Source: Alphaproteobacteria bacterium (GTDB lineage: Bacteria > Pseudomonadota > Alphaproteobacteria > RF32 > CAG-239). From it: a stretch of 64,000 bases of DNA. Below the pieces are notes generated by a model. It searched no databases, was not told the origin of the DNA, and worked only from the letters and a program-made list of their open reading frames with translations. The DNA lies in contig JAGBDC010000030.1 in assembly GCA_017937705.1 (NCBI GenBank), positions 38,590 through 102,589 of the forward strand, read 5' to 3'. Below are positions 36,652 to 45,482 of the stretch, piece after piece (within the stretch, counting starts at the first letter, position 1; every line of letters begins with the position of its first letter). The position numbers were made by a program, and so were the translations under genes.

Positions 36652-36727
36652 TGGTGATCCCAGCGAGACTCGAACTCGCGTTACCGCCGTGAGAGGGCGA
36701 TGTCCTAGGCCACTAGACGATGGGACC
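36652..36727 (-). tRNA. tRNA-Glu (anticodon CUC), CCA encoded
   Basis: The reverse complement GGTCCCATCGTCTAGTGGCCTAGGACATCGCCCTCTCACGGCGGTAACGCGAGTTCGAGTCTCGCTGGGATCACCA closely parallels bacterial tRNA-Glu. Anticodon loop CTCTCAC, canonical T-loop TTCGAGT. Confidence 0.92.
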
Positions 36728-36779
36728 ATCAAAGATAGAGAACTTGTAATCTAAAAAAATAATTATGGCAAGTGTTTTT

Positions 36780-37136
36780 TTATATAATTGCTCCACTTGC
36801 TGCATCTTCCCAAGTGCTTAAACCTATCAAATTCCAGTCTACCGGAATTTGTTCTACTACTTTAAGATCAGCAAAATAACTTTCTTTTATATTTTCCAAC
36901 AAAGTTTCAACGATTACAACTTCTTTTGAGCGACTGAGCTTTTCTCTTACATCGGGATGAATATAATCCAAAATTATTTTTTGTTCACTATTCCGCAAAA
37001 AGACGGCATGGTCTCGTCCGTCATATATAATCTGCGGAGAAGAAGGCTTATTAGACTTGGCTGCAATAAAAATATACAACTCGCCGCCATCGCCTTCTGC
37101 CACTACAAATTTCTTTTCGGTTGTATATTCGCTCAT
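36780..37136 (-). CDS. Hypothetical protein (118 aa)
   Basis: Clean ORF co-directional with sodB. No motif recognised. Confidence 0.5.
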   Translation of the reverse strand: MSEYTTEKKFVVAEGDGGELYIFIAAKSNKPSSPQIIYDGRDHAVFLRNSEQKIILDYIHPDVREKLSRSKEVVIVETLLENIKESYFADLKVVEQIPVDWNLIGLSTWEDAASGAII

Positions 37137-37147
37137 TATTCACCTCG

Positions 37148-37321
37148 TTAACCGTTTTGACAATCTTTCATCGCCATTAATGTAGGTAACTTAAACTCTT
37201 CTTTCGGAAAATGTTTCTGTGTTTCCGGGGCTTCAAAAAATCTTTTTGTAGCTGCAGTCAACCCTTTGAATGCACTTTCATTTCCTTTAACAGCTTCGCT
37301 ACCGCTAGGATATGTTTTCAT
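37148..37321 (-). CDS. Hypothetical small protein (57 aa)
   Basis: AAGGAG RBS 6 nt upstream of the internal ATG at 37321. The longer track ORF start abuts the sodB stop and lacks an RBS. Confidence 0.35.
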   Translation of the reverse strand: MKTYPSGSEAVKGNESAFKGLTAATKRFFEAPETQKHFPKEEFKLPTLMAMKDCQNG

Positions 37322-37369
37322 ATCAGTCTCCTTGTAATAATTTAACGATAGAGATTCCTCTCTATTCAA

Positions 37370-37939
37370 TTACCAGTTTAGCAGATTTTTTATATATTCG
37401 TCAACAAAATCTGCACGTTTATTTTGATAATCTAAATAATATGCGTGTTCCCAAACATCTATTGTTAAGATAGGCTTTAAGTTGTGAGCAACCGGAGTGT
37501 CGGCATTTGATGTTTTGATAACTTTTAATTTACCATTATCTTCAACCAACCATGCCCAACCGCTTCCAAATTGACTTATTGCCGCAGTCTTAAATTCTTC
37601 TTTGAATTTTTCAATGGTTCCGAAAGAAGCTTCAATTTTCTGTTTAAGCTCTGCTTTCGGTTCTCCTCCTCCGTTAGGTCTCATAGATTTCCAGAAAAAT
37701 TCGTGGTTCCAAGTTTGTGCCGCATTATTGAAAATTGCGATATATTCCGGTTTATCGTAGGTGTTTTTGATGATTTCTTCTAAACTCATTGTCGCAAATT
37801 CTGTATTTTCAATGAGTTTGTTCAAATTATCTACATAAGTTTTGTAATGCTTGCCATAGTGATAGTCGAATGTTTGAGCTGATATATAAGGCTCAAGAGC
37901 ATTTTTTTCATAAGGCAACTCAACCATTTTAAATGTCAT
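37370..37939 (-). CDS. sodB: Superoxide dismutase (Fe type)
   Basis: LPYEKNALEPYIS, FDYHYGKHY, AAQTWNHEFFW and DVWEHAYYLDYQN motifs. Confidence 0.95.
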   Translation of the reverse strand: MTFKMVELPYEKNALEPYISAQTFDYHYGKHYKTYVDNLNKLIENTEFATMSLEEIIKNTYDKPEYIAIFNNAAQTWNHEFFWKSMRPNGGGEPKAELKQKIEASFGTIEKFKEEFKTAAISQFGSGWAWLVEDNGKLKVIKTSNADTPVAHNLKPILTIDVWEHAYYLDYQNKRADFVDEYIKNLLNW

Positions 37940-38092
37940 TTTTTCTCTCCTTTTTATATGTTTTCATCATCTATATAGTTACTATATAAAAAAAGTTGTT
38001 AATAAATGTTAACATTTGCTAAAAAAAGTTAACAAATAAAAAAATCCTATGTATGATAGCCACAGTATAAAACTTTCTCGAGGAGAACCTGA

Positions 38093-38776
38093 ATGCGAGT
38101 TTTGTTAATTGAAGATGATTATGCTGTATCCCAAAGCATTGAAATGATGCTCAAAAAAGAGGGGATGATAGTGGATACTGCCGATTTGGGCGAAGATGGT
38201 CTTGATATCGGTAAACATTATGATTATGACATTATAATTTTGGATCTTATGTTACCTGATATTAACGGTTATGAAGTTTTGAAACGTTTACGTTCGGCAA
38301 AACGCACAACTCCGGTTTTGATTTTATCAGGTTTAAATGAAGCAGAGAAAAAAGTTAAAGGTCTTGATTTTGGTGCTGATGACTATTTGACTAAACCGTT
38401 TGACAGAGCAGAATTGTTAGCCAGAATTAAAGCTATTGTTCGCCGTAATGAAGGACACGCAGATTCGGTTATTCGTACCGGAGATATTGAGGTTAATATA
38501 AACAATCAAACAGTAAGTGTTAATGGTGAAGTTTTACACCTAACCGGTAAAGAATATGGTATTATGGAGTTGTTATCTGTTCGTAAAGGCTCTACTTTGA
38601 ATAAAGATCAATTCTTAAATCATTTATATGGCGGAATTGATGAACCGGAGTTGAAGATTATTGACGTGTTTATTTGTAAACTTCGTAAAAAATTAGAAAA
38701 AGCTTCCGGCGGAAAGAATTACATTGAAACAGTTTGGGGACGTGGTTATGTTCTCCGTGATCCGGATGAAAAATAA
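38093..38776 (+). CDS. ctrA: Cell-cycle response regulator CtrA (OmpR family)
   Basis: MRVLLIEDD..., [59 protein letters not shown] and [13 protein letters not shown] are near-identical to the Caulobacter CtrA blocks (from memory). Confidence 0.9.
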   Translation: MRVLLIEDDYAVSQSIEMMLKKEGMIVDTADLGEDGLDIGKHYDYDIIILDLMLPDINGYEVLKRLRSAKRTTPVLILSGLNEAEKKVKGLDFGADDYLTKPFDRAELLARIKAIVRRNEGHADSVIRTGDIEVNINNQTVSVNGEVLHLTGKEYGIMELLSVRKGSTLNKDQFLNHLYGGIDEPELKIIDVFICKLRKKLEKASGGKNYIETVWGRGYVLRDPDEK

Positions 38777-38793
38777 ATAAATGCAATAAAAAA

Positions 38794-38812
38794 AGCGGTT
38801 ATCTAAACCGCT
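38794..38812. terminator. Bidirectional terminator
   Basis: AGCGGTT-ATCTA-AACCGCT flanked by A7 and T7, between convergent ctrA and the antiporter gene. Confidence 0.65.
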
Positions 38813-38834
38813 TTTTTTATTGTCATAAAATCTA

Positions 38835-39791
38835 TCAGAAAGTTATAATTCCTTTGGAAATAAGAATTTGGCTGACTAAATAAAGGGCATAAATTATAAC
38901 AAAAAATGTTCCCTCAATTCTACTTATACGAGATTTTGTCATCATAATCGGAAGAAGAACAATTGTTGATAGCAACATAATCCACATGTCGTAATATATA
39001 AATTGTTGCGGTACCGGTACATCAATAACGGTTGCAGTAAAGCCCATAATGAAGACAATATTCCATATATTTGAACCGACAACATTACCTAAAGCTACAC
39101 CATTTTGATGGCGAATAGCTGCCATTACGGTAGTTGCTAATTCCGGCAAAGATGTTCCGACAGCAATTATGGTAAGGCCGATGATTTCTTCTGATATTCC
39201 TAAAATACGTGCAATATTAACAGCTCCTTTTACTAATAAATCGGCTCCATAAATAATGCCGGTTAAGCCCAAAACTGTAACACCTACAACAAAAAGCCAA
39301 TTTTTTTCAGCAATCGGACTTGTGCTTTCTTCATCGGGTTCTGAATTAACCGAATTGCGATAGTTGTAATAAATAAAAGCGAAAAGTAAAAGTAACATCA
39401 CTATACCTTGCCACATAACAAAAGTTCCGGTAAGCGCAAAAGCAACAAAAATAATGTTAACGGCTAATAGAAAAGTGAAATCTTTTAAGAAAACACGACG
39501 TTCACATGTTATAGGATATATCATTGCTGCTGCACCTAATATTAAAAGTACATTTGCGATGTTAGAACCGACTACGTTACCGATAGAAATGCCGGCTCCT
39601 CCACTTAATGCAGCTCTGATGCTAACTACAAATTCGGGAGCAGATGTTCCAAAGGCGACAATGGTTAACCCTATGATAATCGGTGGAATTTTTAATTTAT
39701 TGGCAATGGCGACAGCTCCTCTCACAGTATATTCTGCTCCAACCATCAATAACACAAAACCGACCAAAATTAAAAACGACGCATGTAACAT
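38835..39791 (-). CDS. CaCA-family sodium/calcium antiporter (YrbG-like)
   Basis: Two alpha-repeat motifs GNVVGSNIANV and GNVVGSNIWNI. About 10 TM helices. Confidence 0.9.
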   Translation of the reverse strand: MLHASFLILVGFVLLMVGAEYTVRGAVAIANKLKIPPIIIGLTIVAFGTSAPEFVVSIRAALSGGAGISIGNVVGSNIANVLLILGAAAMIYPITCERRVFLKDFTFLLAVNIIFVAFALTGTFVMWQGIVMLLLLFAFIYYNYRNSVNSEPDEESTSPIAEKNWLFVVGVTVLGLTGIIYGADLLVKGAVNIARILGISEEIIGLTIIAVGTSLPELATTVMAAIRHQNGVALGNVVGSNIWNIVFIMGFTATVIDVPVPQQFIYYDMWIMLLSTIVLLPIMMTKSRISRIEGTFFVIIYALYLVSQILISKGIITF

Positions 39792-39961
39792 ACGAAAATC
39801 CTTTCTTTATATAATATTGTAAAGGTTATAACATACCGATAAATAAAAGCAAATTTTATTTACTTAAATAGTTATTTAAAAATCTTGCGTAACTTTATAT
39901 TTATATGTATAATCATCTCGTTTTTTATGATTATTGTTTCACTTATTAAAATTTATAGCTT

Positions 39962-40450
39962 ATGAAATGGTTTAAAATTATTTTGGCATTAGCAGTAATT
40001 GTTGTGCTGTTGATGTTTGTCAGATTTGAACGTCCGTCTGTTGTCAGGCAGCTTGACGATGGAAATGTTCTTCTTAGCGAGCCGGAATATTGTCCGCCAA
40101 TTTATTGGAAAGATAGTCGGTATAACTATTACGACTTTAAAGAAGATTTCTTTTGTCGCAGAATACCATACGGCATTACCGATAAGATAAAGGTGTGGTG
40201 TGACGGTAAAGTTTACGAAATGAAAATTTGTAGCAAATACAAATATCAAGGAGAATTTGAAATAGTCAAGACTTACAAAACTGACCATGCCGGAATGGTT
40301 AAGAAATATCAAGAAGATATTGAACATGCTCTTCCGTCGTTGTTGAGTAAAACAGATGATTTTAACGAGATATCAATTCTTTTGTCGGACATGATAAAGA
40401 AACAGTATCCGCTTCAGGACTTTGAAATTATGAACATTAAGGTTAAATAG
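39962..40450 (+). CDS. Hypothetical membrane-anchored protein (162 aa), GC-richer
   Basis: N-terminal TM anchor. No motif recognised. Confidence 0.55.
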   Translation: MKWFKIILALAVIVVLLMFVRFERPSVVRQLDDGNVLLSEPEYCPPIYWKDSRYNYYDFKEDFFCRRIPYGITDKIKVWCDGKVYEMKICSKYKYQGEFEIVKTYKTDHAGMVKKYQEDIEHALPSLLSKTDDFNEISILLSDMIKKQYPLQDFEIMNIKVK

Positions 40451-40483
40451 AACCGAATTATTTATTCATTTAAATTTTCAACC

Positions 40484-41437
40484 ATGGTTAAGAAATCGAA
40501 AATTATGCAGAAATTGCTCGATGCAATTTTTGAGTTGGAGCTGTCTAAAGAAGAAGCTCTGGCAACGGTAAGCGAGTTTATTAATCGCTACAAGCTTGAA
40601 ATGGCAGATTGTTTTCCGAAAGAAAATGCCGCATTTGTGGATTTTGCCAAGCAGGTGAAAGAACAAATTATGCCGGCTTATGTTTCTTTGAAGCAATTAG
40701 CCGAGTTTTGTGAGGTTGATACAAGTGCGTTGTTATCAACGGCACCTATAATTAAGGACGAAGAAGAGGTTAAGGATAAAGGAGAGACCGAAGCTCCAGA
40801 ATCTTCACCGGCCACACCTCAAAAAGGGTACAGTAAAAACGGCAAAAAACTCGGACGACCTAAAAAAGTTGTTGTCAAAGTTGAAAAAGCTGAAGAAGTA
40901 GAAAGTGAGCCTGTCGGCGAAATCGTTGCCCCCCAACCAACCGTGCAAATCGAGGAAAAGCCGGATGAGCCTGAAACAGAGCCGGAAAAATCTTTTGAGG
41001 AAGAAGTTGAGGCTCTAAAGTTTGGAAAAGAATACTCTCTTTATGCTTTGTATATGTACAAAGACCGCTTTGTCAGGACTAATCGTGTTTTGACAGAAGC
41101 CAGAGCTATCGGAGTATTCATTCCGTATTTGCGTAGAGATGGAAACAAAGAGTTCATTCTTTATTATACGGACGAATATCCCGGTTTAACTAAGCGAGTT
41201 GCGTTAGCTTATGCTCGAAACAAACTTCCTGCTTATAACGGTGTTAAGTGGAAAATTAAGGAAAATATTCACGACGCCTCGATTAAAGCAGTTCTCCCTG
41301 AGCTCAATATGTTGCTCAAGAAAATGGGTGGAGATAAGTTTGAAGGTCATTACCAAGATCCGCATGAAACATATTTCGGAGAAAATTCTATGACTGACAA
41401 AAAAATCCGTTATGTTTGTGAAGTTGCCGAAAGCTAA
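40484..41437 (+). CDS. Hypothetical protein with a central acidic/Pro-rich linker and an AT-hook-like GRPKK motif
   Basis: 317-aa ORF with KKLGRPKKVVVK inside a low-complexity E/P/K region. Start uncertain (ATG 40484 or 40505). Confidence 0.55.
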   Translation: MVKKSKIMQKLLDAIFELELSKEEALATVSEFINRYKLEMADCFPKENAAFVDFAKQVKEQIMPAYVSLKQLAEFCEVDTSALLSTAPIIKDEEEVKDKGETEAPESSPATPQKGYSKNGKKLGRPKKVVVKVEKAEEVESEPVGEIVAPQPTVQIEEKPDEPETEPEKSFEEEVEALKFGKEYSLYALYMYKDRFVRTNRVLTEARAIGVFIPYLRRDGNKEFILYYTDEYPGLTKRVALAYARNKLPAYNGVKWKIKENIHDASIKAVLPELNMLLKKMGGDKFEGHYQDPHETYFGENSMTDKKIRYVCEVAES

Positions 41438-41454
41438 TAATCTTTGCGAATAAA

Positions 41455-41490
41455 AATATCCCGAAATTCAATTTTTCGGGATATTTTTTT
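41455..41490 (+). terminator. Rho-independent terminator
   Basis: AATATCCCGAAA ... TTTCGGGATATT stem followed by T7. Confidence 0.7.
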
Positions 41491-41564
41491 ATAAAACACT
41501 TGACTTGTAGACAAAATTTTTGTACCATATTGCCTAGTATTAACTTTTAATAAATTATTTAACT

Positions 41565-41897
41565 ATGAATGCAATTTTTATTGTTGTACTTGCAGTTGTT
41601 CTCATCGGTGTTATCTTTGCTTTCTGGTCGCAGAACGCTAAGTTGGACAAGGCAAAGGCCGCTCGTACTCGTGCAAACGAAACAGCCGCAGAGATGAATG
41701 GTAAAATAGAAATCTACGAGGGGTACCTCAGTCATCTTGTTGAAAGATTGGATAAGGAGGCCCTTCCGGAACTTCGCAGCAAGTTGGTCGATTCTCGTAA
41801 AAGCGCTGAAGCTTTGAAGGATTCTCCTCAACGAGAGGGTGCTATCAGTGCGTGTCGTGAGTTGCTCGACTTGGTCGATGAGGCTAGTTGCAAGTAA
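41565..41897 (+). CDS. Hypothetical single-pass membrane protein (110 aa), GC-richer
   Basis: N-terminal TM helix, helical/coiled C-terminus, followed by a strong terminator. Confidence 0.5.
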   Translation: MNAIFIVVLAVVLIGVIFAFWSQNAKLDKAKAARTRANETAAEMNGKIEIYEGYLSHLVERLDKEALPELRSKLVDSRKSAEALKDSPQREGAISACRELLDLVDEASCK

Positions 41898-41921
41898 GTC
41901 ACATTACAAATGCAATCGAAG

Positions 41922-41951
41922 AACAGGTAGTTCAGAACTACCTGTTTTTTT
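41922..41951 (+). terminator. Rho-independent terminator
   Basis: AACAGGTAG-TTCAGAA-CTACCTGTT followed by T7. Confidence 0.7.
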
Positions 41952-42030
41952 GTGCTTGAATAAAAAGATTGCTTGCCCTTTTTAATAAATTTATTTAATC
42001 TGATATACAGCGAAAAATAAGGAGAAAAAA

Positions 42031-42672
42031 ATGAAGAAAATAGCAGCAATTATGTTATTAACCAGTATGCTCACTGCCTGTGCCATAGATCCGTATACAG
42101 GTCAAAGCAAAGTTTCAAAAACCGCTTGGGGAACAGGTATAGGAACAGCAGTAGGAGCCGGTGTGGGAGCTTTAATCGGTGGTGAAAAAGGTGCCTTAAT
42201 CGGAGCCGGTGTTGGTGCATTAGGCGGTGCGGCAACCGGAGGATATATGGATGTTCAAGCTCGTAAACTTCGTCAAGAATTAACGGGCACAGGTGTTCAA
42301 GTTCAACAACTTGAAAATGGTCAAATTTTATTGATTATGCCGAGTAATATTACTTTTGCTACTGATTCAGCCATATTTCAAAGCGGATTTAATTCGGTGT
42401 TAGATTCTGTTGCTAAAGTTTTGGCAGAATATAACAAAACTATTATTTATGTAACCGGATATACTGATAGCACCGGTTCTGATTCGTATAATAATACATT
42501 ATCACAAAGTCGAGCCTCAGCAGTTGCAAATTATTTGTCGTTGCGTGGTGTAAACACTTCTCGTATGGTTGTTAGAGGATTGGGAAAGACAAATCCGATT
42601 GCTTCTAATGACACAGCAGAAGGTAGAGCACAAAATCGACGTGTTGAATTGAGCATTCAACAAATAAACTAA
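42031..42672 (+). CDS. OmpA-family lipoprotein with a glycine-zipper segment
   Basis: Lipobox LTAC, Gly-zipper GTAVGAGVGALIGG..., C-terminal OmpA-like domain (TGYTDSTGSDSYNNTLSQSRA, NRRVELSI). Confidence 0.9.
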   Translation: MKKIAAIMLLTSMLTACAIDPYTGQSKVSKTAWGTGIGTAVGAGVGALIGGEKGALIGAGVGALGGAATGGYMDVQARKLRQELTGTGVQVQQLENGQILLIMPSNITFATDSAIFQSGFNSVLDSVAKVLAEYNKTIIYVTGYTDSTGSDSYNNTLSQSRASAVANYLSLRGVNTSRMVVRGLGKTNPIASNDTAEGRAQNRRVELSIQQIN

Positions 42673-42788
42673 ATTATTTCAAATAATTAATATAAAGTCC
42701 GGAATAAATTTTCGGACTTTTTATTTTGGCTACTTGAATTATCGAAAACGAATATCATATCAAATATACCAATTAACAGAAAGAGGAT

Positions 42789-43067
42789 ATGATAATGAAA
42801 AAAATAGTCACTTTGTTTATGTTTACGTTTTTGGCTTTGACCGGATATTATGTAGGGGTGGCTGTTGCTCAAAATAATGCTGAAGAGATGAAATCGAGTG
42901 AACCGGTTGGTGTAATGGTTGTTGAAGAAGAATATAGTGTTGAAGCTACACCGGATATGACCAAAGAACACGATAAAGACGAACATGCAAAAGATACCGG
43001 TAATGAAAATGACGATACTGAAGCAGAAGTTGTAGAAGAAGATGTTACAGAAGACGACGAAGAATAA
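42789..43067 (+). CDS. Small secreted, highly acidic protein
   Basis: Signal peptide then a D/E-rich tail. AGAGGA RBS, followed by a hairpin plus T-run. Confidence 0.45.
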   Translation: MIMKKIVTLFMFTFLALTGYYVGVAVAQNNAEEMKSSEPVGVMVVEEEYSVEATPDMTKEHDKDEHAKDTGNENDDTEAEVVEEDVTEDDEE

Positions 43068-43101
43068 ATAAACTAAAAATACACATTCCACCTGAGACTG
43101 C

Positions 43102-43139
43102 CCTCCGAGAGAATTACCCCTCGCTCTCGGAGGATTTTT
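43102..43139 (+). terminator. Rho-independent terminator
   Basis: CCTCCGAGAG ... CTCTCGGAGG stem then a T-run. A second hairpin AACTGCGG-AAAT-CCGCAGTT (43149-43168) serves the convergent gene. Confidence 0.65.
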
Positions 43140-43177
43140 ATAATAAAAAACTGCGGAAATCCGCAGTTTTTAAGATG

Positions 43178-43735
43178 CTATTTTCTAAATATATATTTGA
43201 AACCTAGGGTATATTCGCTTAGGTGGTCATAACTTTCAATTTGGTCGGTATGGATATATCTTCCGATAAAATGAACAGACCACTTCTCATCAATATTATA
43301 GTTCAATCCTGCTCCGAAGCGATATCCCCAGCCGGAATCTTTAATCGAAGGACTATTATAAAATTTATGTTTGAAATTATAATTTCCGATACCTGCAGTA
43401 GCCAAAGGTGCGATTCTTCCTTCGCATCCCAAAGGCAAATAAGCAATAGCATCAAGGCCGAAAGCGCTGAAACGAGTGCTTTTTAAATTAAATGTTCCCA
43501 ATTCATCTTTGTCTGATTGTTGATAAAAAACTTCTGTTCCGAAATACTTATTATAGACAGAACCGACAACGGCGCTGACTGAATTTTGGTGAGAGTGTAC
43601 ATTTCTTGCACTGCTTTCATTATACGCATAGTTCAACCCGACATAAGGTATATATTCGTTTTCAATGGCAACGGCATTTGTTCCGATAATTGAAGCTAAG
43701 CCTATTATAGCAACTTTTATGCTTATTTTTTGCAT
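43178..43735 (-). CDS. Outer-membrane beta-barrel protein (small OmpA-N/Opa-like porin family)
   Basis: Signal peptide, alternating-hydrophobic strands, aromatic-rich C-terminal strand YTLGFKYIF. Confidence 0.7.
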   Translation of the reverse strand: MQKISIKVAIIGLASIIGTNAVAIENEYIPYVGLNYAYNESSARNVHSHQNSVSAVVGSVYNKYFGTEVFYQQSDKDELGTFNLKSTRFSAFGLDAIAYLPLGCEGRIAPLATAGIGNYNFKHKFYNSPSIKDSGWGYRFGAGLNYNIDEKWSVHFIGRYIHTDQIESYDHLSEYTLGFKYIFRK

Positions 43736-43815
43736 TTTTAATCCTTTCTTTATTCCTTTTTAATATAATTTAAGCTATACTTAATAAAAGTAAAGAAATT
43801 TATTTGGAGGTTGTG

Positions 43816-44361
43816 ATGAAAAGAACCCAAAATCAAAAAGGTTATACACTTATTGAAAGTATAATGTTTATAGGGGTTATTACTGCCGTATCTATCGGTA
43901 TTATAAATGTAGTAAGCGGTATGCTTGACAGGTATAAAATCAGTCGTCTGACCTCGCAAGTTGCAGAATTGCAAAAGTCAATTAATGTTCGCTTTGCCGC
44001 ATCTGAAAACTACAAAAAGTTGACTGCAAAATTGATAAAAGATGAAAATCTGGCTCCCGGTGATATAAGTTGGGAGGGAGAAATTATGATACATAAATAT
44101 AATGGCAAGGTTGAAGTTTTGCCTACTTTGGGAAACAGAGCATACGAAATAAAATTTAACGATCTTCCTAAAAAACCTTGCATGGAACTTGCTATACAAA
44201 ATTGGTCTCACGACCAATATTCAAACCTAATTCACATGAAAGTTAACGGCGTTCCTGCCAAATGGAGAAATGCAACATATATAATGCCCTTATCTGTAAC
44301 ACAGGCAGAAACCTTATGTAACAGTGAACTTAACAATAATATTATATGGAGATTTCAATAA
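43816..44361 (+). CDS. Type IV pilin / T2SS pseudopilin-like protein
   Basis: Class III signal MKRTQNQKG|YTLIES with Glu at +5 and a hydrophobic helix. C-terminal Cys pair. GGAGG RBS before ATG 43816. Confidence 0.75.
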   Translation: MKRTQNQKGYTLIESIMFIGVITAVSIGIINVVSGMLDRYKISRLTSQVAELQKSINVRFAASENYKKLTAKLIKDENLAPGDISWEGEIMIHKYNGKVEVLPTLGNRAYEIKFNDLPKKPCMELAIQNWSHDQYSNLIHMKVNGVPAKWRNATYIMPLSVTQAETLCNSELNNNIIWRFQ

Positions 44362-44476
44362 ATAACGGTAACAATACGATTTTAGCGTAAAAAAGACTCT
44401 TTTTTCTTGATTGTGCTATAGAATTATTTGTATATGTTACCTATTATATATTTAATTATAAAAAAGGAGAGCAAAA

Positions 44477-44902
44477 ATGGTAGAAACATCAATAATTCTT
44501 CCTCCCGACTACAGACCTTCAGCCGACGAAGAATATATGAACGAAATGCAATTGGAATATTTTCGTCAAAAACTTGAAAATTGGAAAAAATCTTTAGTCC
44601 ATCAAGCAGAAGATACTTTGGAAGATTTGCGTCAAGGCGGGTTAAATCAACCCGATGATGTTGATAGAGCATCATTAGAAACTGACAAGGCTCTCGATTT
44701 GCGTACAAAAGACCGAGCACGCAAGCTCATTTCAAAGATTAATGCCGCATTACGCCGAATTGAAGATGGCGAATACGGATATTGTGAAGAAACCGGCGAA
44801 CCTATCGGTATTGAACGCTTAGAAGCTCGTCCTGTTGCAACATTGAGTATTGAGGCTCAAGAACGCCACGAAAGAATGGAAAAAACTTATAACGAGGACT
44901 AA
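44477..44902 (+). CDS. dksA: RNA polymerase-binding transcription factor DksA (non-Cys4 variant)
   Basis: Coiled-coil tip DDVDRASLE (DxxDxA). C-terminal GYCEETGEPIGIERLEARPVATLSIEAQ aligns with the E. coli zinc finger, but only the first Cys is retained. Confidence 0.9.
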   Translation: MVETSIILPPDYRPSADEEYMNEMQLEYFRQKLENWKKSLVHQAEDTLEDLRQGGLNQPDDVDRASLETDKALDLRTKDRARKLISKINAALRRIEDGEYGYCEETGEPIGIERLEARPVATLSIEAQERHERMEKTYNED

Positions 44903-44909
44903 CCTCAAT

Positions 44910-45482
44910 ATGTCGAAAAAAGATTTTATATTGGCATCGGCTTCACCGCATAGGTTGGCTTTGCTTGAGCAAATTGGCTACACACCCAAAAAAGTAGCTC
45001 CTGCAGATATTGACGAGTCGGTTAAAAAAGGAGAAAATCCGACAGCTTATGTTAAACGTATGGCTTTAGAAAAAGCCATTAAATCTGCGTCACTAAATCC
45101 GAATGAAAATATTTTAGCCGGTGATACGGTTGTTTGTGTCGGTAGCCGTATTTTGCATAAGTCCAAAACTGACGAAGAACAAACAACAGTTATGAAGTTG
45201 GTTTCAGGACGTTCAAGTCGGGTTATCAGTGCGATATGTCTTATCAGCAGAGACGGGAAAATATCACAAAGATGTGTAGAATCCAGAGTTATCACTAAGA
45301 GGTTGAGTGATGCCGAAATCAAAGAATATGTTGATGGTCACGAATGGATTGGTTGTTGCGGATATAAAATAGACGGATGTTTTGCCGGATATGTGCAAAA
45401 AATTATCGGTTCATATACCGGAATTGTCGGGCTGCCGCTATTTGAAACGCAAAATTTATTGAGAGGGATAGGTGTAAAATGA
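44910..45482 (+). CDS. maf: Maf-like nucleoside triphosphate pyrophosphatase
   Basis: ILASASPHRLALLEQIG N-terminus, GCCGYKIDG and GLPLFET blocks. ATG 44910 lies just after the dksA stop. Confidence 0.9.
   Translation: MSKKDFILASASPHRLALLEQIGYTPKKVAPADIDESVKKGENPTAYVKRMALEKAIKSASLNPNENILAGDTVVCVGSRILHKSKTDEEQTTVMKLVSGRSSRVISAICLISRDGKISQRCVESRVITKRLSDAEIKEYVDGHEWIGCCGYKIDGCFAGYVQKIIGSYTGIVGLPLFETQNLLRGIGVK

Noticed and set aside
37985-38050. Possible CtrA boxes upstream of ctrA (GTTGTTAATAAATGTTAACATTTGCTAAAAAAAGTTAACAAAT)
   Set aside because: The spacing gives TTAA-N6-TTAAC or TTAA-N7-TAAC/TAAA rather than the canonical TTAA-N7-TTAAC, and TTAA is frequent in this AT-rich DNA. This cannot be distinguished from background by eye.
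42687-43091. 134-aa minus-strand ORF
   Set aside because: It is antisense to the better-supported secreted acidic protein gene (which has an RBS, a signal peptide and a terminator). Its F/I-rich composition is expected from the reverse frame of GAA/GAT-rich DNA.
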